Part shown: positions 50,592 to 61,286 of the stretch, in pieces | How positions within the stretch are numbered: the stretch's first letter is position 1 | Layout of the letters: each line of letters starts with the position of its first letter | Origin: Trypanosoma brucei | Taxonomy: Eukaryota | NCBI GenBank assembly: GCA_000002445.1 | Contig: CM000208.1 | Location: forward strand, 288,001-352,000 | DNA: 64,000 bases | Direction: 5' to 3' | Translations under genes and position numbers: made by a program | Notes under the pieces: model-generated | What the model saw: only the letters and a program-made list of their open reading frames with translations | Told to the model about the DNA's origin: nothing | Databases searched by the model: none

Positions 50592-53500
50592 TCACTCAGT
50601 AGAGGAACCGCATGGTGACAGCTGCAACATTTTTGACAAATCCACTGCTCCTCCCTCGAGACAAGTATGACGTAGGCAACGAGAGTTCGAAGCAACGCTT
50701 ATATCCTCGCTGTGGTTACCACTAATTCTGTTTCCGCCTATCATACTTAGCTCCTCTTTGTTGCACGTACTTGGAGAAACAACAGGGGGGCTTTTGGCCA
50801 CATCCGCAACTACCTTGTCAGCAACACGAACACAACATGGGCTTCCAGCGCTATGGAAACTTTTTATTTCGCTTTCATCAATAGTCGCTGCTACCGCCTC
50901 GTCACCTGCACCTTCATGACTCCTACCGCCTTCCCTTCCCCCAATGAGGGGTAACAGTTCCCACGCCAACTTGAGCGCAGGAGCGTAGAAGCCAACGCGG
51001 GAGGCAAGCCGCAATCCGTAGCAATCCACATGCGAAGGACCGGGTTGCAGACGGTATTCGAAACGGAGAGTGCACGACTTCTTGCTTGCTGGCTTTGATC
51101 CGCTTTCAACATTAGTAAGAGGAGCAGTTCCGCCCACCAGCACCACCATTCCGTCATCCCCTACGGGGATGCTACCACCGGCGCCGTCTTCGACAGCCAC
51201 CACAAAGTGCACATTCTTTACCGCACCAGCAGTGCCCTCTTCAAGGCGCGTCAACCGGCTATAGTGCGTCGCAAATATTGTTCGGCAACGCTTCTCCACT
51301 AGAAACTCAACTGTCGCCCACGCAATGGCCATGCCTTCACGCGCCGCTGTACGGCGCCCCAGTTCATCCACGAGTACTACACTTTCCCTTGTGGCGTTCA
51401 TGCAAAGATACGACAGTTCCCGCATCTCCCTTGCAAACGACGACGTGGCTGCGTCCTCCAAATCATCACAGAGCATATGTGCTATAATTCGGTCACACGG
51501 TTGGATGGCGGCTTCCCGTGCCGGGACAAAGCAGCCGCTCTGCGCAAGAGCAATCAACTGCCCAACCTGCCTCAACAACGTAGTTTTTCCGGATGCATTG
51601 GGGCCCGTCAGTAGCAGCACATTTGTCCGGTCACTCCATTGTACGGTATTGGCTGTGAAGAGTCCACCAGGGTGGCGCGCCTCAATAAAATAGGTACCAC
51701 TACTGTTGAAAGAAGTCCCTTGTCGCAGTACTGTTGGCCGCACACAGGCATTCAGACGCGAATACGTGGCAAAAGCGATTAGAAGATCCAACATAGCGAC
51801 CCCATCACAAACCGCCTGCAACTTCCCAAGGCGCTGTCGAAGGTACTCAATGAGGCGGTGCACAACCCCGTTTTGCGTATGGAGAATCTCAGCGACAACA
51901 TCATCAGCACCACGGCGCAGTAGAAGCATCTCTTTTGTTGTGCATGTAACTCGTCTTCCCCGCACTTGGTGTTTGGTCACCGCAGCGCGCTGAGCGGCAG
52001 TGTTCAATGGCTCCGGTGTTTCAACATGTAAGACCGAGGAGCCGTAGAATGGCGGTCTCTGCTGTTGAGAGTCACCATGAAGATCACCCCCGACGTCAAC
52101 ATCCATCATGGCTCGACCACTGTGATAAAGTGCGTAGTGTTTGCCACCAGAATATTTCTGTAGGAAGATTGAATCGGGTGCATTACGCTCATGCCGCGAG
52201 TCGTAACACAAATGGTACCCACGAACGCCGTCGTACACGACGCGAAGCGACCCAACCCCGTACTGCTGCTTCAAACTTTCAGCGTGAGCAAACATCGACT
52301 CAATGGTTTGACTGTATTGGTGTCGGGCGGCATCAAGAGTGCCGTTGATATTTGATTTTACCGCGAAGCATTGTTGGACTTGTAACACCGCACCACCAGT
52401 GCGTCGTGGCCGCCGCCCTACGCTCGCACCGTCCCCACCTGTAACATGAACAACACTTTCATCGAGATAGTGGGCGATCTCCGCGCATATTTCTTCCATG
52501 TGACATGTAGTCAGAGTCTGGAGTAGTTTACGCAACAACATGGGAGGTTTACGGTGACCCTCGGAGGTACTGCATAAGGAGCTTCGTGGCGGAACGGGCC
52601 AGTGAAAATTTTCTTTTTCCATCACCCCTTCCCTTTCGTGGAGTTCCACTTGGCTTTCATAGCTGCAGTCAACACCGTCAGAGCTGAGATTAGAGTGGTC
52701 CCCCACGTCGTCACACTCCTCGCTTTCTGGTGCATTGCCCGTTCCGCCTTTACTGAGCAACCCGCGCAACGTGTACAGTAGTTGGGTTGTGGCACGAAGA
52801 AATTGCCACAGCGTCACGACTGCATCGATACAACGCTGCATTGTTTTGAGAGTTGCTAACTTAGGTGTGTGTGAAAAATTTGATATGACGCGCTCCAAAT
52901 CATCACCGGTCAGTAACCGCAGTGAGCGTCGTATGGCGGCGAGGGCTTCGTTGTCTCTGCAGAGCCACTCCACCGCATCATAGCGCAACTCGATGCTCGT
53001 GGGATCACGCAATGGTTGCAGTACCGTGGAGCGGAGTAAACGGCGGCCAACAGCCGTTATTGTGTAGTTAACAGCAGTTGCAAGTGGTACAAAGAGTGCG
53101 TCTTTTTTCAACTCACGTGACGAACGGAAGAGTGTTTTGCGCACCGGTGGCTTTCTGTTACCGGTCTTGACACTCTCTTCAGTTGTCTCCTTGTCTAACT
53201 TCTGGTTGGGGAACCTGGCAAGATGGTCGGTTCCAGTTGCAATGATGTTTAGCGCCCGCGCTGAGAGCCTTGACACTTCCATGTAGTTCTCCAGAGCCAA
53301 GTACTTCACACGCACCGTGTGAGGAAGCAGGGTGTAGTTGTATGTCATTTCCAAGAACTCAACGAGTGCGTTGGCGGCGGCAAGGCAGAGGTAGCGGTCG
53401 GTATTGCTCACCTCGAGGGCCGCCTCATCCGTAGACATGAGTTCCAACAGCCGATGGGCTCCTTGCGCCTCATCAAACGAGCGCCGCTGCACGCCCGTGA

Positions 53501-54089
53501 TTGTTGTGTCGTTGAAATGCCTCAGAAGTGTCTGTACAAAATTGCTTCCAACAACCGTCTCAGGGACAAGCAGCTCGGCGGGACCACGAGAAAAGATGAA
53601 GGACAACGTTTTCGCGTACGTCACGCTGTCGCCATACTGCGTGATGATAATGGTCAGTGAGGGCAATTGGCAAATCGCAGCCCCAACCTCGCCGGCACGG
53701 TTGTCGATTAGTGCCATAATGCAATCACCACACCCCTGACTCGTGCCGGTACGTCTCGCTGTTGAGAGAGTTAAAGTGCCGGCTGCTGTTCTGGTAAAAG
53801 TTTGCGCGCTGGATCCGCGACCCACGCCCCGCAAACGTTGTGTCTGCTGCGCTGTTGGTGTCAACACATTAAAGAGGTTGGCCGCAGCTGGCGCAGACGC
53901 ATCTGTGAAGAAGTTGCCCCTCGAGTGCGGGTCTTCCAAAGGCATTGATAGAGCAGACACGTCCTCATTGGTTGGATACGCACCGTTGGCACTGAACATT
54001 TGCCTGCTGTCGTCAGTCATTGAAGTGATGGGGACGGAGTAGCGCACTCCAAGCTTGTACTGCAAGGGAATCGGGAAATTGTTGCGCAT
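50592..54089 (-). CDS. MSH4: MutS homologue 4 (meiosis-specific MSH4-like), 1165 aa, with N- and C-terminal extensions and internal insertions
   Basis: [42 protein letters not shown] matches human MSH4 [66 protein letters not shown] matches [20 protein letters not shown]. The ATPase Walker A is [33 protein letters not shown], followed by [17 protein letters not shown] and [25 protein letters not shown]. The C-terminal [22 protein letters not shown] matches [22 protein letters not shown]. I could not detect an MSH2/3/6-type mismatch-binding domain I. Confidence 0.75.
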   Translation of the reverse strand: [1165 protein letters not shown]

Positions 54090-54576
54090 CCCACCCTGCT
54101 CTGCATCTGCGGTTGCAAAAGGGCTGGTCTTCGCGCTTTTCGCTCCGGCCTCTTCTTTGTTGAAAACACGCGCGCGCGAATACGCTATATTTGTCTAACT
54201 GCGGTGTCCGAATAAAAAAACAAGAAGGGAAACGAAACATTGGTACGAACTGGTTACGGCGAACAGTCGCCGCAGCATACATCCCATAAACAATAACTTC
54301 TTCCCATATACGCCAGTTCCCTACTTTCGTGCTTGCAGCAATTCCCCAGACCCTTGTTGTAAACGCGTTCAGTGTCTCGGAATGGGAAGAAGCTAAAAGC
54401 AGAAGGAAATTGAGTACAAGTATATATTGTAACTAGTTAAAAAGGTAAGAAATGAAAAAGATAATCAAGGCGGGGTTTGAAGAGTAGTCAAGTGAAGACC
54501 AGCCGGCCGAACTCATACGATCAACCATCTTCCCCGACACATCATTCTCGCGTGCCCTTTGTTTTTTCATTTACTA

Positions 54577-55098
54577 CTATGCCTTCTTCGATACGTCGTC
54601 CTTCGTTGTAATGTTTGTGGTGTCCTTCAAGTAGTCCTTTTCTGCCTCAAAGAGCGGGCCGAGCTGCGTGGCGCCACCCAAAAGCGTTAATACAGTGTAC
54701 AATCCGAATGTCCTTCGGTCTGCCTTGCAGCGAATGCAAATCCCTGCTGCAAGCCCTGCTTCCCCACAATGTATTACGAACGCTAGCACAGCCACAAGTT
54801 GAATCACTTTCATCTCGCGAAACATAAATAGCCCAACGCGAAACAAACTTCGCATCAAGCGGTCCTCAAACAATAACTGCAGCTTCGAAAGGGATGAAGT
54901 ATTGTTGTCACCAAGGCCCGAGGGTACAACAAGGTCAGTTCCCTCTTCGTCGACGGTCGTCCCAAACGCAAGGTAGTTTAACAGAAGAAAACATATTAAT
55001 GTGGGGACGAACGTAGCCCACGGTCTGCGGTATGACAAGCCCTTCGCAACACCGGGTTTATGTGCTTTCTTTATTGTTTCCTTTTTTCTCATTCCCAT
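54577..55098 (-). CDS. Possible small membrane protein (173 aa), hypothetical
   Basis: It is the only sizeable coding-strand ORF in a 2.4-kb gap. Three hydrophobic segments are FVPTLICFLLLNYLAFGTTV, IQLVAVLAFVIHCGEAGLAAGICI and LYTVLTLLGGATQLGPLF. Confidence 0.3.
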   Translation of the reverse strand: MGMRKKETIKKAHKPGVAKGLSYRRPWATFVPTLICFLLLNYLAFGTTVDEEGTDLVVPSGLGDNNTSSLSKLQLLFEDRLMRSLFRVGLFMFREMKVIQLVAVLAFVIHCGEAGLAAGICIRCKADRRTFGLYTVLTLLGGATQLGPLFEAEKDYLKDTTNITTKDDVSKKA

Positions 55099-56455
55099 TT
55101 GGGCTGTTCGACTAATTCGAGTAGAAGGGTCATAAGGAAAGATAGCACTACTCCGTGGTAAACCTTCACCTCGTACGGTCGCTTTTTTTTTCTTTTTGCT
55201 GTTTCTATCACACGTCTTCTCTCACTGCAGTCAAACACGGGTCCGCACAACAATGATGCCCAGTAGTGTCAGAAAGGGAAAACACTCGAGTGGTAAAAGT
55301 CGGAGACAATAAACTCGGATACCCGCAAACAATGACGATGAGGTGGTGGTAGTGGTGGGGCGAGGTAGGAAAGAATCACACAAAATATTAGCAATGAACC
55401 CTTGGCGGTGCAAATGTCCCCATATGGGTTTGCACAACACCGCAGTTCCTGGCAACACGCATCTCCATACTGCCGTGTTTACATCGATACTTCATGGTTT
55501 AAAGCAGCGCATCCACATACCCCCGGAGCCGCTTAGCGCCTCAACAAACGTTTTGCTCCACCCAACACGTTCCACACTACCGGTGGCACACCACCGTGCG
55601 CATCAATCGCCGCAAAGGCCACAGCTGTCATGGCAAATGTGGCTGTGCAGAGCAATGTGGACCAAACGTCCCTTCGCCTTTCCGCCTCGCTCTTTGAACT
55701 GTTGTAAACGTTCCGCAGCCGTCCCCCAACGGTCCAAAGAGTTGAAATGCCTTCGCAGCACATATCCCACTTTTCGCGCCACATGGCACTAAACCACTGC
55801 TTCTCCCAGTGGAAGCGAAATGTTGCTATTGTGAAGTAACCGATCTTGTGGGGAATACGATAGAAAAGGCAAAAAAAAAATGCGCAGGAAGTATAAGTAA
55901 CACACAAAAAAAAATCAAAAGAAAGGGGTTTGTTACACAAGAAGTTGACATAAACAAGGCTACATATTTTACCACACCGCATTCCGGCAGGTAGAAACAA
56001 ACAAATATACAAAAAGAAACGAAAAATAGCTAAGCGAATCCCACGCGATAGTATGGGGGAAGAATAAACGCACGCACGTTTGCGAAAAAAAAAAAATGAA
56101 CATTTTTCTCTCTTTTAAAAATAATCAAACAATACCAACGGAGCAACGACAAAAAACAAAAAAAATATTAGACGAACCAAAGACTCACTTTTTGTCACCT
56201 TCACCTCAAATGATCGCCAGGTGAGGCGCACACCTCCTTCCTCCCCCCCCCAAAAAAATTCGGATGCGTCACGCCCCCACCCTTTTTTCTCTTCTTCCAA
56301 ATAATCTCCACGTAAGTGAGCGTACAGGTTTTTTTAAATTGCAAACTTAAAGTACAGCACACAGCTTTATTTCAGCGCACTACTAGCAGTACGGCATAGG
56401 GAGCGGTTCCAGTTTACAAGCCAGAAATATATATATATATATGCGTTTACCGTTC

Positions 56456-57763
56456 TCAAGAGAAGTCGACGGGAGGGTCCCCGCAGAACATTCGTGTGGC
56501 GGCAACCAGCTCTCGCGTCGGCAGCGTTGCTTCGTCCACTACTTCTGATGCCAACATTTGCGTCAACCGCTGCAGGCGCCACTGAAGCCGCGAAAGGAAC
56601 CGCTGACCCGCCTCTCGCTCCTCCGAGCAGAGGCACTCGGTTCTTGTGTTGATGTGCTGTAAAATACGCAGCGCAGCGACGGCGGCACGGTCGCCAATAG
56701 AGCCATTACCAGCACTCCGAAGAATTTCGAGGGCGAGTTGCCGCGCCACTGCGCAATAAATCCGCGGCACCGCGAGGCCCGGATAGGGCTCCAACGTGTA
56801 GGACATGGCGTCAACAATATCGTAGCGACTCGGTACGTCTGCAGCGGTGCGTACGAGGGAGTACTGCCAAGTTGGGTTGGAGGTTGCCCGGTCTGTGAGC
56901 GTAGCAGGTTCGATAAGACCCTTCAAGACGCGTACGGCACTCAATATAGAAACAGACAACTCCACCGAAGTGCCTTTGGATGTGTGGCTCTTTGCAACCG
57001 AGTCCTGCAATGCAGCGCCACCGCGACACGGCAGCCGCTCCTGACTTACCCCCAAATTTGGTGGGACCAGCAAAATAGTCTCCGTCACACTACGCTCAAG
57101 GTAAACCAAATGCTCAATGGCCTTCATGTACTCACAGCGAAGTTCTGAAGAAACACCACGAGCGGCAGCAACACCTCCCAACTTCTCACAGTCGCGCTGT
57201 GCGATCTTTTTGCATCGAACAATAGTCGATGAAAGAACAAGTAGATGCGCGAGCCGATCATCGCAATGGCCAACGACATTACCGCTTGGCCAAAGTGACG
57301 CGGCTAATCCTAGGGCAACGTCGTTCTCGAGCCTTGCGGCGATACTTGGAAACAACGAACCCTTTCCTCCGAAAGCAGAGGGCAACTGAGGTCTGGCTAC
57401 CTTGTTATTGCAGTACGGCTCAACCCTGCAGTAGTTAGCACTCAGCAGTTTGGGCTGGCAGTAGCATTCCTTTCGATCCTGTCTTGTGGTGCCTCCCCAA
57501 GTGTTCAGCAGTTCGCTGCTGAGGGCTATAGGTTGATTCTCGGTGCGCCTCAGCATTTGTAGAGGTGATGCGTACTGTTTGGGAAACATGCGAACACACG
57601 GATCGGTTGCTATGGGCTCAGCACCACAGTGTTTTAACTCTCGTTGAATGTGGATGGCCTCCACTAACAAATATTGGTTCTCTTCCTCATAGCCACTGAT
57701 AAGACTTTGACAGACAGCTGGCATACACACCCTTTTCCTCCTAGTCTTAGAAAGGTACCACAA
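56456..57763 (-). CDS. Hypothetical protein, 435 aa
   Basis: Uninterrupted ORF on the coding strand. I recognise no domain. Confidence 0.5.
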   Translation of the reverse strand: MWYLSKTRRKRVCMPAVCQSLISGYEEENQYLLVEAIHIQRELKHCGAEPIATDPCVRMFPKQYASPLQMLRRTENQPIALSSELLNTWGGTTRQDRKECYCQPKLLSANYCRVEPYCNNKVARPQLPSAFGGKGSLFPSIAARLENDVALGLAASLWPSGNVVGHCDDRLAHLLVLSSTIVRCKKIAQRDCEKLGGVAAARGVSSELRCEYMKAIEHLVYLERSVTETILLVPPNLGVSQERLPCRGGAALQDSVAKSHTSKGTSVELSVSILSAVRVLKGLIEPATLTDRATSNPTWQYSLVRTAADVPSRYDIVDAMSYTLEPYPGLAVPRIYCAVARQLALEILRSAGNGSIGDRAAVAALRILQHINTRTECLCSEEREAGQRFLSRLQWRLQRLTQMLASEVVDEATLPTRELVAATRMFCGDPPVDFS

Positions 57764-57985
57764 AAATCGCGTGTATAAGCATCATTGCACAAACGCAAAT
57801 AAGAAAAAGAGACACGTTATACGCACAGAAAAGGTCACAGCAACAACAACAATCGATGGGATTTCCACACACAAAAAAAAGACGTGTGTACACACTTCTG
57901 GGATGCGAGAGGTGCATAATGAGCTTTTCTCTCGATAACTTGTCCCCAGTGTACGCCGTGCGCTTCCCAACCCCGATCTTTCACC

Positions 57986-60820
57986 TCACCCCAAAAGACC
58001 TTCTGCCACAAGAATCGTCCGGAATTCAGCGAAAATGCACTGCAGTTCGGCACTCGATGTTGCACCAGTGATCATCACGCTCAACCCCTGCCGCAACGCC
58101 GCCCTCAAGGCGCCCTGCTCCTTGTACTGGGCGTATGTCTCCGTTGTGTCTCCAATAACCTCCCGCAGTGCACCACACAGCGCGCGGGCCACCACAGGTG
58201 TGAGGTCCGCTGTGGCGTATCGCCCCGCAGTAAGGCACGACGGGGGGACTCGCGCGAGGGCTGAAGCGGCTTGCGTACGGACCTTGAAAATGCGATCACT
58301 ACATACCACAGTGCACAGCCGTTCAACAGCAGAAGTCGCTCCTTTTGGCTCCGCATCGAAAACCACCTCCCGCGCGAGACCGAACCCAAGAGCGCATGAA
58401 GCATTCCATCTTAATTTGGCATCACAGCTGAAGGGGTTTAAAAATCGTAGAAGAGTGTCAAAGAATGCCTCCGCGACAACCTGTTGCTGCTCCTCACACT
58501 CCGCCCTCGCCTCGGCGATTAGTTCCTCGAAGGTAAGGCACCCCAAGAGGTGACTCATTATGCGAATGCCATGCCCCATTATGGCAGCGTCGTCATACTG
58601 CTCGGCAGCATGCAGAGCAACCTCACAGAGTAGCTGAATGTGGCGTGGAGACTGCCTAAGGGGGTTCTCATGAGCGGCAGCGCTTTCTACGCCGTCATCA
58701 CCATCGCCCTCCGCTGAATTCTCAATCAATCGTGAGGTGATGTTTGAGAGAGCGAAAGCCGCCTTCCCTCGGACGGTGGAGCAAGGGTCATTGAAGAGAC
58801 AGGAGACCGCAAGGTCGACGAAGTCCAGTGTCTTGCTGTCGAGGGCGGTGTACTTCCACGCCCACACGCCAATAGTTGTGAAGGCCTCCGCTCTGCCGCT
58901 GCTCTCCGTTGCAGATGTCGCGGCGACAACCTTTTCGATAATCTCCTGGCGAGCACTGTCGGAAAGGGAGAGCAAATACTCATCCCCCACTTGAGCAAGG
59001 CAACGTAAAGCAGCCCGGCGGGCCTCGATGTGCCGAGAATCCCCAACTGCCATTCGTAGCACCGGAAGGACAAGCTCCGCCACGATTTGTTCCTTCTGCA
59101 ACTGCGTTGCCCGGTGGGAGGCATAGTTGGGTCGAAGCGCGGGGTCCGCCGACTGTCCATCGAAGGGTTGCCAGACATAACCCATGAAATGCACCCACCC
59201 CCGCAGACACTCACCAAGAGTTGCATCAGCAGCTCCTCCCGCAGGGCATGTGGTCCCCTCTAACCCCGTACTCAATCGTAGAACGGCACGGGAAGCTGTG
59301 ATAAGTTGTGAGAAGTGGGCCCCCACGGTAGCAGGATGCAAGCGGGAGAGTTGCACAACACACCTCCAAACCTCCACGCGTGCCGCGGCATGCGTTAAAA
59401 GTGAATCAACCAGTGCCCTGAAACCGTCACAACGTGGCTCGCTTCGACTGAAGGGCTCGAGATTTTTTACTTCTACTTTAACGTTTTCTTCGTCCCACAA
59501 GAGGCAGTCGTGCACCACACTAATAAGAGACTCGGATTTTAACACTTCACAAAGGAAGGCCGTTGCCGCCTTAAACCTACCGCTGTCACATGTGACAAGG
59601 CACTCGCGGAGCACATTCATGCGCAAGACACTGCCCACCATCTCACGGCACTGTGGGCACCGATTGTACGGCGTGACTGCGACGAGTACGGAAAAAACAG
59701 AAAAGTGAATGCCAGTGCGGTGATTTTGCACATTAACCGCTTTGGAACAGACACCTTGCATTAGCTCAGGGGTATCCGGCGTCTGCGTTGCCCACAGTAG
59801 TGCATAATGTATAGAAGCTAAAACCCGACCACTCAGTGACGCCAAAGACAGGAAAGACTGCCGTTTCTGTTGTGGCTCTTCTGCATATGTGAAATTGGTG
59901 CTCAGCTTGCGGAGCAAGGCGGAGAGCAGGGCAGCCGCCGCCGCTCGAATTCGTTCCTCTCTATGCCACAACAATGGAGTGAGCAGCGGGTGTGAAACCC
60001 GGGCATCTCTCGCATCCACTTCAGGAAACAACACAGGTAAGTATCGAGTAACGTTAAAGGGCGAATTGCGAAACCGCATCAGCGCAGCCACAAGCATATA
60101 AAAAGCCGACATACGCACCATGTGGCAGAGTTCGTCAGAAGCACACTCTCCGCTACCGTCGCCACCCTGAGTAGCATGAGCGTCAACCATTCCTTTGTTA
60201 ATGTTACTGACGGAAGCATAAACCACCGCTTCCACCCCTACACCAAATATTTTTTCGGCCATCTGCCCATCTTCAATTAGGTGAGAACTGCTAGTAGATT
60301 TGCTGTCACTGCCATTCACATTCCTCCGCACTGGTCGCTGCTGCCTCGACGCATCCTGGCGGTTGGCAGCTAGTAACGAGAAGTCGAAAGTGTTCTCCGA
60401 CACCGGTACGGCTGCCCAACAGTACCATGTGATTACCTGCGCAAGAGTATTTATTCGTTGCATATGTTCTGACTCAGTTAGGGAGTGGACGTGGCCTCTT
60501 CCGTCACCACCGCATTTTCTATTTTCGTGCAGTAGCCTCCCTAACATCGCGGTAGCCGCGGTTATCAGCGAGTCTTCCGGAATAGCTGGTCCCCTTGCAT
60601 GAGAAGAGTACGAGCCATTTCGCGTTAAGTCATGTCTTTCCGATCCAGCTGCTTTTCCCCATCCCCGGCGATGGGATCCTTCCTCACCAAGTCCTGTTAT
60701 TTCCACAGCGGCAGAAACCACCTCATCAGCACTGGAACGCAGCGCGGTGTAAAATACCCAAAGGTGATGCTTCACGACTCCACTGCACTCTGCCGCTGTG
60801 GCAGGGGGGGCTGTCTGCAT
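57986..60820 (-). CDS. Hypothetical protein, 944 aa, Leu/Ala-rich helical-repeat (ARM/HEAT-like) composition
   Basis: Long ORF on the coding strand with recurring amphipathic LxxLLxxA-type helices. There is no catalytic motif. Confidence 0.55.
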   Translation of the reverse strand: MQTAPPATAAECSGVVKHHLWVFYTALRSSADEVVSAAVEITGLGEEGSHRRGWGKAAGSERHDLTRNGSYSSHARGPAIPEDSLITAATAMLGRLLHENRKCGGDGRGHVHSLTESEHMQRINTLAQVITWYCWAAVPVSENTFDFSLLAANRQDASRQQRPVRRNVNGSDSKSTSSSHLIEDGQMAEKIFGVGVEAVVYASVSNINKGMVDAHATQGGDGSGECASDELCHMVRMSAFYMLVAALMRFRNSPFNVTRYLPVLFPEVDARDARVSHPLLTPLLWHREERIRAAAAALLSALLRKLSTNFTYAEEPQQKRQSFLSLASLSGRVLASIHYALLWATQTPDTPELMQGVCSKAVNVQNHRTGIHFSVFSVLVAVTPYNRCPQCREMVGSVLRMNVLRECLVTCDSGRFKAATAFLCEVLKSESLISVVHDCLLWDEENVKVEVKNLEPFSRSEPRCDGFRALVDSLLTHAAARVEVWRCVVQLSRLHPATVGAHFSQLITASRAVLRLSTGLEGTTCPAGGAADATLGECLRGWVHFMGYVWQPFDGQSADPALRPNYASHRATQLQKEQIVAELVLPVLRMAVGDSRHIEARRAALRCLAQVGDEYLLSLSDSARQEIIEKVVAATSATESSGRAEAFTTIGVWAWKYTALDSKTLDFVDLAVSCLFNDPCSTVRGKAAFALSNITSRLIENSAEGDGDDGVESAAAHENPLRQSPRHIQLLCEVALHAAEQYDDAAIMGHGIRIMSHLLGCLTFEELIAEARAECEEQQQVVAEAFFDTLLRFLNPFSCDAKLRWNASCALGFGLAREVVFDAEPKGATSAVERLCTVVCSDRIFKVRTQAASALARVPPSCLTAGRYATADLTPVVARALCGALREVIGDTTETYAQYKEQGALRAALRQGLSVMITGATSSAELQCIFAEFRTILVAEGLLG

Positions 60821-61286
60821 TTCGATCGTTGCCTCAATAGTCTACTCGATAGATCGACGCCACTTTCCTGTCCTTCCTTTTACCTCTTTAGGTCCACTTG
60901 ATACTCTATTGAAGCTTTTCCCCACTTGAAGCAAAGTCCAGGGACCTCGTACGAGGGTGGCAGTGAGCGAACCATTCAAATAAAAAGAAAAGAGGAAGGG
61001 AAAACAAATGCGCCCCAAACAACGTATGGACAAACTACAGTGAGATCGCCAGAGGCACACACGCAACACTTACACCACAAGACGGCAAAGAGGAACTTGA
61101 TTACACGTCCAAGTGTGCGTCCGTATGTTACCAGTAATGATTCGACCGTATTAAGTCAGGTATTTCCACCAAGGAAGTTCGTTACAGCATGGATAAAGGC
61201 AATGGACCCTAACAGTGCAGCCAACCTTACAGCGTCTAATCGTAACTACACCACGGGAAAGAGAAAGAAGAAACAGCCTGTAAATA

